Source: Haliotis rubra
Taxonomy: Eukaryota
Length of the DNA stretch: 64,000 nucleotides
Direction of reading: 5' to 3'
Assembly: GCF_003918875.1 (NCBI RefSeq)
Contig: NW_025766592.1
Location: 992,001 to 1,056,000, forward strand
Numbering within the stretch: the stretch's first letter is position 1; the number at the start of each line of letters is the position of its first letter. Shown here piece after piece: positions 12,176 through 25,028 of this stretch. The notes under the pieces were generated by a model. The model was given only the letters and a program-made list of their open reading frames with translations. It was not told where the DNA came from and searched no databases. The position numbers and the translations under genes are program-made.

Positions 12176-13576
12176 CGCAAAACAGGCCAACCTTCACGCT
12201 CTAGCTGGCTGTCACAGTGTACCACCAAACCCGGAAGACGTGGATCTGTCCAGGTTCCGCTGCCGCGACACTGACAACAACGTTCACCCAGCTTCAGTAC
12301 CACACAGAAGGTGCCAGAGGTGTGAGTCTCCACTTAATCACTCACTACTTTAGGTGGGCAATCTTCACCGGCTGGATGACACATCGTGTGAATAATTCAT
12401 GCGGGAATGTCATGCTTTAAGACATCTGAACACAAGTCCTCGGGGCACAGCATCCAGCATCCATGGATCGGCTGGATGATGATCAAGGCGATCCCATCTC
12501 GAGGAAGTATGTGGCTATCAATATTTAATACTGCTTGTCTTTGATATTTAATCGCGATTGTGACTCGTGTGATTTATTGGCCTTGTTGCGCCAATTTCAC
12601 TTATTCAACGGCTCCACGGTACAAAGCATTCCCAAAGGTGCCCATGTGACTTATAGCTTTGACGCTCGCCAGTTTGAAACTAGCGAGTCGAACCATCGGA
12701 GACAAATATTGTTCTGTCTTGCGACGTGTGTGTAACTGGAGCATAGCACGAATGGCCGTTATGATCAGACACTGACAAATTATTAATTTTTCATTGCATG
12801 AAAAAAAGAGGAGGGTACTCTTATGATTTATGAACTATTTAATAATTCAGGAAACATTTTAAGAAGTCTTGTTATTTCTGATCATCAACCTTTTATCGTT
12901 ATTAGTAATTGTTGTACATGGATGGAGTCATGGAACCCTAGAAGGGACGTTGTCACGTTGTCACGTTCTCGCCTTTACAACACTATTCAAAAACTGAAAG
13001 CTATTAACCAAAGCGTTTCAATGACCAGGGCGATATTTTCAATGCATGGTCGCTCTTAAAATTATTTTTTTTAAATTGTATCAAAGGGCGACTGCAAAAC
13101 CGCCACATTCACGGCCAATATTTGTCTAAAATATTTTGTAATTTAAAATAGTATTCCTCAATATGTAAACAAAAATACAGCTTGTACAATTGCAAGGAGG
13201 TATTATTGACGTTGGTATACCATCATCCATTGTAATATACCGATAGGCGTTTCTTGACGGATGACAAAGGACCTTGTTCCTTTTTTGACAATGACACAAT
13301 GACATAACTATAAATGTCAATTTTACAATATACTGAAGCTGTTACCCATACACGTTTGTCTACCTTGACATCATGAGCCATTCCATTGGTTTGTTTTGAA
13401 AGTGACGTCACCATCTCTTATCAATAATTTCACACACAGTGGGTTTAATATATTTGCATTGCTATCTCATCGTCGTGCGTGGTGGTAGCTTCAGACAACG
13501 TTCCACAGAGACCTCGATCGGCTGGTCCAAGTCTGTTAATAGAGCAGAGGACCCCACTCTTGGTCCAGATGATAGA

Positions 13577-13745
13577 GTGAGTGAGTGAGTATGGTTTTAC
13601 GCCGCTTTTAGCAATATTCCACCATTATTTCACGGGGGACACCGGAAATGGGTTTCACACATTGCATTCGTGTGGGGAATTGAACAACAGTTCCTCGGCG
13701 TGACGAGCGAACGCTTTAACCACTAGGCTACCCCACGGTTCCCCT
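13577..13745 (-). mobile_element. Family-A SINE
   Basis: Consensus match; CCAGATGATAGAG direct repeats on both sides. Confidence 0.9.
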
Positions 13746-15399
13746 TCCCCCAGATGATAGAGCGTGTAAAGGGGGTTCGATCCCCCCATACCAAAACGCG
13801 TCAAGGATGGTACTTATAGTTACCCTGGCTGGCGCTGAGTATTAAGTATATGAAACAAGCACTGGTCGTCAAGGAGCCAGTGTACATAGTTGGGCATCAA
13901 TGTCAAACTGCTCAGAAGGCAAGTTCTACAAAACCAGCTTTTGTCCGAGCTGGTACAATCAACTAGTTTCCGTTCATAGTATCCCGAACTCTTGTATGTT
14001 CGCTCGCATTATCAATCACTGGATTAACAATCCAGTGATCAACATCATGAGCATCGTTCTACGCAACTGGAATACGATGACATGTGTCAACCAAGTCAAG
14101 CAGCCTGACCCCCCGATCCCGTTAGACGCCTCTTACGACAAGGATGGCTTGCTGAAGACCAATTCTAACCTGGATCTTCACGTGTCTCTACACTTACAAA
14201 CTATAAGGTGACTTTACAGCTGTACATTCGTAGACGATGATGCTTAAGTAGCCGAAGACTACAGTGCCAGGAATAATGACTGCGCCCTATCAATAACATA
14301 TCGAGTAACCACACCACCATCTTTTCAGCAATTTTCAATTTCCGGAACCAACCACTCAAACTGTTAGATAATGAAAACCAATGGCACAAACCTTTTGTTT
14401 GGTTGTTGTTTGTTGTTTAACGCCGCACTCAGCAATATTCCGGTCCGTTTCTGGTGTCCCCTGCCGCGGTATTGCTGGAATATTGCTAAATGCGGCGTAA
14501 AACCATACTCACTCACTGTCATAACAGTTTCTGAAAGCTTTACAGAGGCCTTGAATGAGATAAGCTTGATCAAACAACTTCCAGCAACAGTTGTAAAATT
14601 ACAGTTTTCACGAATATATGCCTTGCTACAAACATTATTGTTGATGCTACTGAAACTTAAAACTTAAACTTTCTAACTTTGAAAGTTCGTTGACTTCAAA
14701 TAAAACTGCAACAATATCAATAAACCATTCCACTTAAACTTTATAGCGTATAACATGTCACGCAAAAAGACAGCAAATTACTAACTGAAGGAAAATTGAC
14801 AAAATAAATCAAATTTTTGTTCTTGTCCAGATAGGATTATATTGCAGGGAGAAAAACTGTTATTTCTGTACATAAATTGGATTCATTCATCAAAACTAAA
14901 ATTAAAACCCTTTTTTCTTCCCCCAATGCGTAATACTGATGTGTTACGAATTCTAATTTTTAACATATCAGATTACAATGTATATTTAGAGCTTGATACT
15001 TGATAATCTCGACATAATCTCGACATATCTGCTCAGTGATCAGCGGCAAACCGCCTGTGACAGATATACCTTACAATGCACAGCCAATCTTTAACTGCAT
15101 ATCGCTCAAAATCAGATCTTCGCATACCTGTGCATTTCGCAAGTCATTCTGTAACAATACGAGTGGTATGTTATAAGATACGATTGCGTTAGTGTCGTGT
15201 GAGCGGAGACAATTTGCAACATTTGCCATAATCCGATCGACGAAAAAAAAATCAAGATGGAAGCGATTATAGCTGTAATCATAGCCGTTTGATGTAAAGG
15301 TCACAGATGTATACAAGTCACTTGGACTTGCGATTACCCGATATGCGAGAAACCAAGGCAGTCAGGCTGAGTCATGGTGTATCGTTGTTCGAGAGAGCA

Positions 15400-15990
15400 A
15401 AGGAGTTAGATGTTCGAGAGACCGTGGTTCTTTAATGGCGGGTACTCAAAGTTCCAGAGACCATGGCACTTTGAATCACAGTGTGTCGAAATTCCCGTCA
15501 GTGACAAATGCGTTTTGACTTATGCTTACTCGAAGTTCCAAAGCCCAATGGACTTGGAAGTTACAAGGACCGATGTACTTGTCTTACGTTTTGTCGAAGA
15601 TCCAAAGACCAATGCACTTGTCTTACGGTTTGTCGAAGATCCAAAGACCAATGCACTTTGGACTTAAATGCTTACTCTAAGTTGCAAAGACCAAGGCACT
15701 TTGACTCACGATTACTTGAAGTTACAGAGACCAGTGCCATTTGACTCTCTCAGTAACTCAAGGTTTCAGAAAATGTCCTTTGACACGAGTTTAGTCGAAG
15801 TTCGAGATACCAAGGCACTTTCAAAAAAAGGTAACTCAAAGTTCAAAGGACGGAGGTACTTCGATAGGCGGTTATTTGCAATTCGAGACATCAAGGCTCA
15901 GACAAAGGCTCTTTAACTCATGGATGCTTGAAGTTCTAGAGACGTTAACATGACTCACTGCTACACGAAGAGACAAAGGTACTTCAGCCC
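15400..15990. repeat. Old degenerate minisatellite, about 39-42-bp unit
   Basis: About 15 copies of a TACTCGAAGTTCCAGAGACCAAGGCACTTTGACTC-like unit. Confidence 0.75.
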
Positions 15991-17613
15991 CCTATTTAAT
16001 CGAGCTTGAGACGGATTTCGGTGATCGATGTCACCATGAGTACTCGATGGATGGACATTGCTAAACCTGGAGTTCTAGAAAGGGTAAAAGGCATGTGAGG
16101 TATTAGCTTAACATTGAAGAATAACACCAACTGGACAATGTGACAGAAACAGATCAGATGCTTCCGTCATGCTCTTCGTGTACTTTTTAAATGTTACAAT
16201 ATATTACTATAAATTCTTTACAGGTGATGACGTATATTAAGATGTGATAAAATATTTTCGTGACATCATTTTGGGACGACATGTACTGTCATCAAGATAT
16301 TGAGTAACATGAACAAATGCAGACACTTCCGGTTCCGGTCGCGATGGAGGATAGCAAGTCAAAACATTGATTACACAACAGTCTGGTTTCATGTTGACTG
16401 GGTCCCGTCCTATTTCACGACTTAGTACAATAACCAGTCCAGAATTTTGAGACCAGTTCATGTAACTGGATACATAATTATTAATCAGTATTATTTGATA
16501 CATCTAAGCACTTGTATATTGCACCACTACGCTCCTTCTAATCCTTACAAACACGTCGTGCAGCGTGGTCTGTCGTACAGCGAGCTCTGACAAACGGAAA
16601 CCTGGAAATCGTGGAAATCTCAAAACGAGGCTCTCCCGCTAGAAAAGTTTGGCGGTCTGGTACGGACTTGATATTATATCAATCACATTGTGCGTTACAG
16701 AACTACACCTGATAAGCGCAAAAAACACAAAACAGGTGTAACCAATGAGCTTGATGCATTGTGAATCATTTTACGACCTTATCAAACAGGGCCAGTCTGT
16801 GACGTCTTAGTTAAGGTCATGATGCCTACACCTCGCCATAAAATATAGAAATACGATGTTCTTAAAGTTTAAAATTAAAAATTAATTTGTAAATACAATT
16901 TTCTTATTAAAAAGGAATTGGAATTCAGTGTAACCTTAGTTGTTTGTGGAGTCTATTTTCACTTTCACACGAGATACTTCGGATCGGCTGAAACGTAGGT
17001 CATTGTCTGAATAGGTTAATGAGACTCATGTTTCGGTTTGCCCCCTTTTCGGAAATCTTCAGTTCTAAACATGCTGAAATCGTTAAACAATTGCTCTAAA
17101 AATGACCAAACATAAGCATAAGCATGGTTGACATTTTCTTTCTTCAGAAGACAGACAGGTCAAGGATTATGACATGATCAAATATAGCACTGTGGCTAAA
17201 ATGATTGAATGAAAGATATTTTTCAAACTTCAGATAGAAACCTGAAGTTTCATCAAGTGCATGACCCGAGTAGGTTGGGAAATATATGCATATACATTTC
17301 GGGGTCAAAGACGAATTGTTAAGTATATGAAACAGCGTTTATGAAAACGTGGAAATCATACCTTCAACACATGTTAGATAAGATGCATACTAAGCATTGA
17401 GTGGAAAACATGCAAGTGTTGAAATGAACGAAGTCCCATTCTTCTTCCTATGGATGCATCTGATTTCTTTCACATTAATTAGAAATGGTTTTGCTTATTT
17501 CCCAAATAATATATAATCCCTGGGGCAAATCGGGTTCTTGTCCTTTGTCTCTTCGAGATAACCAGACAACCCACTGGGGATACCCACAAACCTGTACAGG
17601 TGGCTACGTATAG

Positions 17614-17835
17614 CTGGTTGGTTTGGTTGGTTTGTTGTTTTACGCCGCACTCAGCAATATTCCAGCTATATGGCGGCGGTCTGTAAATAATCGAGTCTGG
17701 ACCAGACAATCCAGTGATCAACAGCATGAGCATCGATATACACAATTGGGATACGATGACATGTGTCAACCAAGTCAGCGAGCCAGACCACCCGATCCCT
17801 TTAGTCGCCTCTCATGACATGTATGGGTTGCTGTA
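17614..17835 (-). mobile_element. Family-B SINE, 5'-truncated, (AACC)n tail
   Basis: Reverse-complement consensus match. Confidence 0.9.
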
Positions 17836-17914
17836 GACCACGTCTGGATATTCATGGGTTACATATATCTGTCCAAGATATTTGTTATGGATTAAACTTC
17901 TTTTTTAATTTCTC

Positions 17915-17956
17915 TCACAACGTTTCGAGACCATTCCAGGTCCCTTCATCAGGTGA
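17915..17956 (-). ncRNA. Second identical hammerhead on the opposite arm of the palindrome
   Basis: Exact reverse complement of 17967-18008. Confidence 0.88.
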
Positions 17957-17966
17957 ACTGGCCAGT

Positions 17967-18008
17967 TCACCTGATGAAGGGACCTGGAATGGTCTCGAAA
18001 CGTTGTGA
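17967..18008 (+). ncRNA. Minimal type I hammerhead ribozyme (PLE-type)
   Basis: UCAC-CUGAUGA-A-GGGACC(UGGAAU)GGUCUC-GAAA-CGUU-GUGA: intact core, helix I UCAC/GUGA, helix II, and palindromic ACGU in place of helix III. Confidence 0.88.
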
Positions 18009-18090
18009 GAGAAATTAAAAAAGAAGTTTAATCCATAAAAAATATCTTGGACATCAATGTACAACTTCTAAATGCCACTGAAAGACATCA

Positions 18091-18478
18091 TACATATATC
18101 TGGTCATCAGGCACAGGTACCACGTGTGGATATTCATGGGTTACATATATCTGGTCATCAGGCACAGGGACTACGTCTGGATATTCATGGGTTACATATA
18201 TCTGGTCATCCGGCACAGGGACCACGTCTGGGTATTCATGGGTTACATATATCTGGTCATCAGGCACAGGGACTACGTCTGGGTATTCATGGGTTACATA
18301 TATCTGGTCATCAGGCACAGGGACTACGACTGGATATTCACGGGTTACATATATCTGGTCATCAGGCACAGGGACTACGTCTAGATATTCATGGGTTACA
18401 TATATCTGGTCATCAGGCACAGGGACCACGTCTGGATATTCATGGGTTACATATATCTGGTCATCAGGCACAGGGACT
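18091..18478. repeat. 51-bp minisatellite, about 7.6 copies (partial first unit at 17838-17871)
   Basis: Unit GTTACATATATCTGGTCATCAGGCACAGGGACTACGTCTGGATATTCATGG. Confidence 0.95.
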
Positions 18479-18634
18479 CTCTCAGGGACTCGTATCATCG
18501 TACGTCGTGCCGATCGATGCTTACAATTTCAATCACGGGTTAGTTCGGCCCAGGCTCTTCGCCTTTAGGCACCCTACAAACACAATGCTTTTTAGCATAC
18601 TACTTTATAACAACCTATTGAGCTGATGAGAATG

Positions 18635-18937
18635 AGACCGCCTCCGTGGTGTAATGGTTAGAGCGCCCGCCCGTTAAAATGTGGTACTTGTTGGTCCCTG
18701 CCTGGAACTCGGCATTAATGGGTACAACAAGGACTGGTGGACTCGGAGTCAGTATAATGTGTGTGATTGGGGTATTCATGCCTAACTACGGCATGGTAAC
18801 TCAGTGAGCTAGAACTTTAAGGCCAGCTTAAGTCTAGGTTAGTACAAGCAGCCGCACATACACACGCATGCACGTCGTCATATGAGTGAAATATTCTCAA
18901 GTACGACGTTAAACCCCATTTCACCTCACCTCACCTC
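18635..18937 (+). mobile_element. tRNA-headed SINE family C (Meta/RUDI-like central domain)
   Basis: A-box GTGGTGTAATGG; core ..GGTACTTG..GCATTAA..GACTGG..CTCGGAGTCAGTATAATGTG; tail CGACGTTAAACCCCA(CCTCA)n. Older relatives at about 13755-13900 and 51290-51590. Confidence 0.7.
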
Positions 18938-19817
18938 ATGGGAATCAAGTAACGTGTTTATAACGTCAGTTTACAAATGTAAAGATATGCAGGGTTAGGT
19001 TTTTTAGAAGTATTTGCCTAAAGGTAGGAATTTGAAACATTAGTCAGAAAAATACGTGATTTTCTGTCCTGAACAGCGATAATGGAAAAAACATTATACT
19101 TGAGGGGCAACTATAGTAGAAATGGCGGGAGATGATATTCAAGATTTCCGATCACTCGCCAATAAGGACAGTGCCAAATGGCTTTCTGTTGTTTGAAGTT
19201 TTAATTCCCGTATGCCATATTGTTTTCTATTAGCTATTCACACAACGTGTGGCGTAATAGGAGCTTTGATGAGCTTGTGGCCATAGAAACCAGGTCGTCA
19301 TGGAGGCCGAACGTATGGATGTAGGGCGCCAGATTCAGCTTGTGGTCGTACCAATTTCTACATGACGACGGTGCTGATTGATATCGTGGGGAGACATGCA
19401 AATAAACATGAGAGCTTTGTAGTGTCTATACAGCAAAACCATTTTTATACGAACGGTACTGTGTCCAATGCATTCGTCTGGATTAACAAATGTCCGTATT
19501 GAAAATGACCATATGCGGGATTGTTTGCGAATATTATCGTCTTTTGTCGTAGACGTATTCAAAACCATTAATATTATCGCCCTCAAAGGCAGGGATCCGG
19601 TCTAACGAATTTCTACTATAGACGTATAGCATTAAAGGGAGACTACTCTAAAATCAATATGGTAGTTCAAGCAAGTATGATTCAAGTCATTCTAACACTG
19701 AAGTGTCTGCCTGTTACCTCAAATGTTCTGATGTTTTACAGTTGTACCAGTTAATGGAAACCATAATCACAACAAATTACAGCCTCAGACACACACAATA
19801 CGATCACTACACGGAGA

Positions 19818-20172
19818 GGGGCGGTGGGATAGCCGAGTGGGTAAAGCGTTCGCTCGTCACGCCGAAAACCCGGGTTCGAGTCCCCATATGGGTACAATGT
19901 GTGAAGCCCATTTCTGGTGTCCCCCGCGGCGATATTGCTGGAATATTGCTAAAAGCGGCGTAAAACTAAACTCACTCACCACATGGACCCGACAAGGAAC
20001 ATGTCATAAGACCGTTTAGTGAATGAGTGAATTGTGTTTTACACCGTCTTTTACACATTTACTGCAGGAAACACCAGAAATCCACCCCACACATTCTACC
20101 CATGTGGGAATCGAACCCGGGTCTTCGGCCTGATGAGCGAAGATTTTAACCACTGGGCTACCCTACCGTCCC
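19818..20172. mobile_element. Two family-A SINEs tail-to-tail (19818-19979 +, 20018-20172 -)
   Basis: Consensus matches on opposite strands. Confidence 0.88.
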
Positions 20173-22285
20173 TTTAAACATTCAAACGTGGACAACTCTA
20201 CAGAACTCTCTCTTCTCCTTTTCCTTGCCATTCGTTTCTCCTGAGTTTCCTTGATTCTCACGGTTAGGCTAGTGGTTGAAGCGTTCGCACGTCAAGCTGG
20301 AGACACCTGTTCGATTCCTCACATGGCTGTTACAAATGTCTGGTTCCCCTTACCGTTGATTTGCTTGAGTATTGCTAGACGCGGCATAAAATACGATTCA
20401 CATGCCCACTCTACCCATTCTAAGTTTGTCAACGTGTGATGTTATTTGGTTCAGCTGTATTTCATGTCAACATATTTGTCGTGCAATGTTGTGATGCATT
20501 ATTACTCTAAGTATTTGTCCTCCTATTTAGTTAGCTATCGGACCCCATTCCACAAAAAGAACGCAGCACAAAGGTGATCGAAGAACTGTTTTCATTGCTC
20601 AACAAATCTTTCGAATTTTCTGTTTCCTCTGGTGAAGCCACTTTGGAAATATTAACTTTTCGAAAACCATTTCCAGTCAGTCGACATCTCGCCCAGCCTC
20701 CCTCAGGGGCGGTGGGGTTCGTAACTGTTTTCATTGCGTTCTCTCGACACTCCACATGGGTAAGGCCAATTTGTGATAGCCCATTTCTGGTGTCCCCCTA
20801 TGATATTGCTGAAATATTGCCGAAAGCGGACTAAAACGTTCTCTCGACACTCCACCTGGATAAGATCACTCACCCCATTTCTGGTGTCCCCACTGATATT
20901 GCCGAAAGCGGCCTAAAACCTTACTCACTCACTCACTCACATTAGTCTACCTGTCTCCGTTCTTACCCGATATAGCCCGTCTCTCCTTTTTCTGTCTCTA
21001 ATCTCCTCTTCCTTCCAACTTTCCCTTCCTTTTATTCTCACTCCTGTTCTTCATCTCTGACTTTCTCATTAGTATCTTCCTCTCCTTCCCCTCTCATTAT
21101 CATCTTCCTCCCATCCCTTTCACTCTACCTTCTCTCTTTCACCTGCCATTTCCTGTACCACTCTCTCTGTGTGTCTCTCTCTCCTCTCTCTCTCTCTCCT
21201 CTCTCTCCTCTCTCTCTCTCTCTCCTCTCTCTCTCTCCCTCACTCAGTTATCCCTCTTTCTCATCTCTCTCACCCTCTCTCTCTCTCACACAGCAGTTAT
21301 GGATCAATGATTCTACTCCAATACGATGGCATCCTGATAACATCTAAAAAAAACCCCACCATACATCATCCCTGACAAGCAAGGTTACCAAGAAACATTT
21401 TTATCTCCAGAAGTAATCAAAAATAAGAATGTTTACATATCTAACACCTAATAACATGTACAAACAAACGTTCCCAGAGACAACATCGTGTGTAGCTCGT
21501 GAATAGTTGTCCACTCCCCGCTAGCCAAGCACTTGAAGAATGCTATCCATAACTGGGAGTATATATCATTAGATGGAGAACCAATATTTATCCCAGTAAC
21601 ACAGACGTTAATCACAGACTGAGGACATCATTCATTCACTGGGACACGACTAGACCTGCTATTATCTGGTCTGGTAAGTAACGCTCATCTTCGACTCCGA
21701 CATACGAGTCATGCAGGCATGCTATACACTGTTAGACACTGCTAGACATTGCTAAGGCTGTGTTTATTTCTTTCTATGTTTTCTCAACTCCCTAGACGAG
21801 AAATAATGACAACTTTTCTTTCCCTGTGGAAATTTCTACCGATGGTCTTGTTTGAAAAAAGAATAAATCGTTTCCGAAGCAGAGCGAGGTGATGTACAAC
21901 TAAGGTGGTGATAGACTAACATCTAGTCTCTGAAATGAACATATTTTAAAGAAAAAAACAGTTCCTAAATTATAATCATAAAATATAATGAAAAAGAGCC
22001 CAGAGACTTTCTTCATTTTCTAGACTTGCATGGGCTGTCTTGGCTATATTTGGTTTAGGGTCTGTATGACAGACTAATGTACGACATCAATGATTTATGT
22101 TTTGCCAATTCTTTTCAATTTAAATATTTCTTGACAAAAATGCTGATTTAGTTTCTGTTTTTGGTTTTGTTTGTAGGGGAGGGGTGTAATTTCGCCTCTT
22201 CCTGCTGGTTTGGTCTGAAGATGAGAAACACAAAAACAAGTCCGGATGGCCTAACTGTAGGGCTGGTGTTTGAGGCAGGTGAGGT

Positions 22286-22705
22286 TCTATCTCTCCATCT
22301 GAACCAGGGGGATTGATGACATGCCAGAAGGGGGACAGGCATGGGGAGGGACAGGTTGTGTTGTAACAGTGTGTTCACTGTTCACTGCAGTCAAGGGGTG
22401 ATGGATGGGTCTCCCTGCACAGGGCGGGGTACTGGCGCATAGATAAGGGTAGGGGACTCGGTGTTGGGTGGCTGACTCTCGGAGGTGTTCATACTGAGGA
22501 GGCTAAGCGGAGTCAGGTGGTCGAGGGACTGAGGTTTTGGGCTAATTCATATTTTGATTTAAGGATGTATGTGTAGGATGCACCCACCCATCCGCTCATC
22601 CATCTCTCCCTTTCTAGAAACTTTCATCTACGTAGACGATATTTATATTTACGTACAGATATTATAATCCGCGTAGGTATCATCTACTATTGAATTTGGT
22701 AACCA
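22286..22705 (+). repeat. Left arm of a near-identical 420-bp inverted repeat
   Basis: Reverse complement of 26597-27017 with only scattered mismatches. Confidence 0.95.
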
Positions 22706-22800
22706 AATCGACAATAGATCTGGCTTTGTTTTGTGTACCTTGTGGTTTGATTAATAACTTGATTATTAAACCGACTTGTTTGTACTTTCAACCTAGATAT

Positions 22801-23605
22801 AAGAAGGATAACAATACTTGGATGAACAGCTTCTTATTTCTGTGAGAGCGACGAGAGCGACGTTTCGGTGTTAGAAGCTACACTAAAACGTCGCTCTCAT
22901 CGTTGTTAGAAGCTACGCCGAAACGTCACTCTCATCGTTGTTAGAACCTACACTAAAACGTCGCTCTCATCGTTGTTAGAACCTACACCGAAACGTCGCT
23001 CTCATCGTTGTTAGAACCTACACCGAAACGTCGCTCTCATCGTTGTTAGAACCTACACCGAAACGTCGCTCTCATCGTTGTTAGAAACCTATCGTTGTTA
23101 GAAGCTACACCGAAACGTCGCTACACTAAAACGTCGCTCTCATCGTTGTTAGAATCTACACCGAAACGTCGCTCTCATCGTTGTTAGAACCTACACCGAA
23201 ACGTCGCTCTCATCGTTGTTAGAACCTACACCGAAACGTCGCTCTCATCGTTGTTAGAACCTACACCGAAACGTCGCTCTCATCGTTGTTAGAACCTACA
23301 CCGAAACGTCGCTCTCATCGTTGTTAGAACCTTAGAACTCTCATCGTTGTTAGAGACACACCGAAACGTCGCTCATCGTTGTTAGAACCTACACCGAAAC
23401 GTCGCTCTCATCGTTGTTAGAACCTACACTGAAACGTCGCTCTCATCGTTGTTAGAACCTACACCGAAACGTCGCTCTCATCGTTGTTAGAACCTACACC
23501 GAAACGTCGCTCTCGTCGTCTTTCACTGTAATAAAATAGTCGTTCATCCATATATTGTTATCCTTCCTTACTGCTCCAACGTCTAAATGCCTCTCAAAGA
23601 AATTC
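22801..23605. mobile_element. PLE-derived locus: inverted end, 35-bp tandem array and PLE tail
   Basis: 22801-22871 is an inverted copy of about 23496-23570. About 18 copies of TGTTAGAACCTACACCGAAACGTCGCTCTCATCGT lie between; tail CAACGTCTAAATGCCTCTCAAAGA. Confidence 0.8.
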
Positions 23606-23721
23606 ATTAACATATATTATCATTGAGTGACTATCACGACATTCAATAAAAGCATGTGTGTTCTACACAAAATGAATATATTGCAGGTGTGGTACTACTT
23701 GCCATTTGTGTGTATGTATGT

Positions 23722-23761
<40 letters not shown>

Positions 23762-24051
23762 ACTATATCAAGCAATAGTCGCTGCATCGCAAGAGTGAGT
23801 GAGTTAAGCTTTACGCCACTTTTAACGACAGCAAAATCACGACGGGGGACACAAGAAATGGGCTTCACACATTGTACCTATTTGGGGAATCGAACCCGGG
23901 TCTTCGGTGTGACGAGCGAACGCTGTAACCACAAGGCTACCCGACCACCCTCGAAATATCTCGGGACGATATCATGACATGAGTAATACGCGCGATTATA
24001 ATATGATAATATTAAGTATGGCCATATATATAATTCTCTTCGAAAAACATG

Positions 24052-24320
24052 GACCCGTGAAGATCCGGTGTAGAATAGGTCTTCGGCAACCCATGCTTGC
24101 CACAAAAGGCGACTATGCTTGTCGTAAGAGGCGACTAACGGGATCGGGTGCTCAGACTCTCTGACTTGGTTGACACATGTCATCGTATCCCAATTGTATA
24201 TATCGATGCTCATGCTGTTGATCACTGGATTGTCTGGTCCAGACTCGATTATTTACAGACCGCCGCCATATAGCTGGAATATTGCTGTGCGGCGTAAAAC
24301 TAAACTCACACACTCTCTGA
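24052..24320 (+). mobile_element. Full-length family-B SINE (duplicated-hairpin subfamily)
   Basis: TSD TCGAAAAACATG / TCGAAAGACATG; preceded by a family-A copy at 23794-23950 (-). Confidence 0.92.
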
Positions 24321-24820
24321 CTCGAAAGACATGTTTCTCAAAAGGTTGGATAAAACCAGTTTGTGGCCACCGTCATCTAGTTATGTGGACAGATATCTAA
24401 ATCGAACCGAATACGAGCGTGTTAGGCTTTACACCATGTAAAGTTAAACAATACAGCTTTGGAGCTCCCCAACACCAAAAACATTCCGGCACTGTAACGG
24501 TTCAGTAGTCAGGCTTCCCTTCAAGCTCCCACAGGGGGAGGTGTTATATCACAATACCCGCGTCCCCATTTCAAGACAACTCTACCCGTTTCGCAGCTCC
24601 TCCAGTTTCCTATTGGGAGCGAGGTGACCCATCCACCCGTATACGACCCGAGCTCACGTCAGTATTGCTATGCGTTTGCAGTGTTCACGGACCGGGGGAT
24701 GAATCGGCCGCCATTGTAGCGGCACTCACTCCCGGCCCCGAGCCCAGAGATCACGAGAACCTGACACAACTGTATGTAAAGCGATCCACAACATTGATTG
24801 TTCTCTCAAAGACGGATAAC

Positions 24821-25028
24821 TATGGAATCCTAGAAGGGACATTATCGCGTTGTTGCATTGTCGCACTTTGGATGACTAAAAAATAAATATTTAAACGCAA
24901 CAACGCGACATAGAGACAATGTGACAAATGGCCAAAATGTCACGTTGTCCCGCTTTGGTTAATTTTGCCACTTTTTGCTTGTTTTTGTGAGGAAGACAAC
25001 GCGACAATGTCTCTTCTACGATTCCATA
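24821..25028. mobile_element. MITE, IS3EU-like
   Basis: TATGG...CCATA termini, about 33-bp imperfect TIRs, 6-bp TSD GATAAC (24815-20 and 25029-34); related end fragment near 12930. Confidence 0.82.

Larger units (their letters stand above)
17872..18090. mobile_element. Penelope-like (PLE) insertion: inverted pseudo-LTR palindrome plus tail
   Basis: 17870-18053 is self-complementary (1 mismatch, no spacer); TSD TACATATATCTG at 17860-71 and 18091-102. Confidence 0.85.

Noticed and set aside
12185-12510. GC-richer exon-like stretch
   Set aside because: No single frame with convincing splice sites or a recognisable product.
18047-18626. Repetitive ORFs in four frames
   Set aside because: Artefact of the 51-bp minisatellite.
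22870-23515. CRISPR array (35-bp repeats containing GAAAC)
   Set aside because: Units are contiguous with no unique spacers, there are no cas genes, and the context is eukaryotic.
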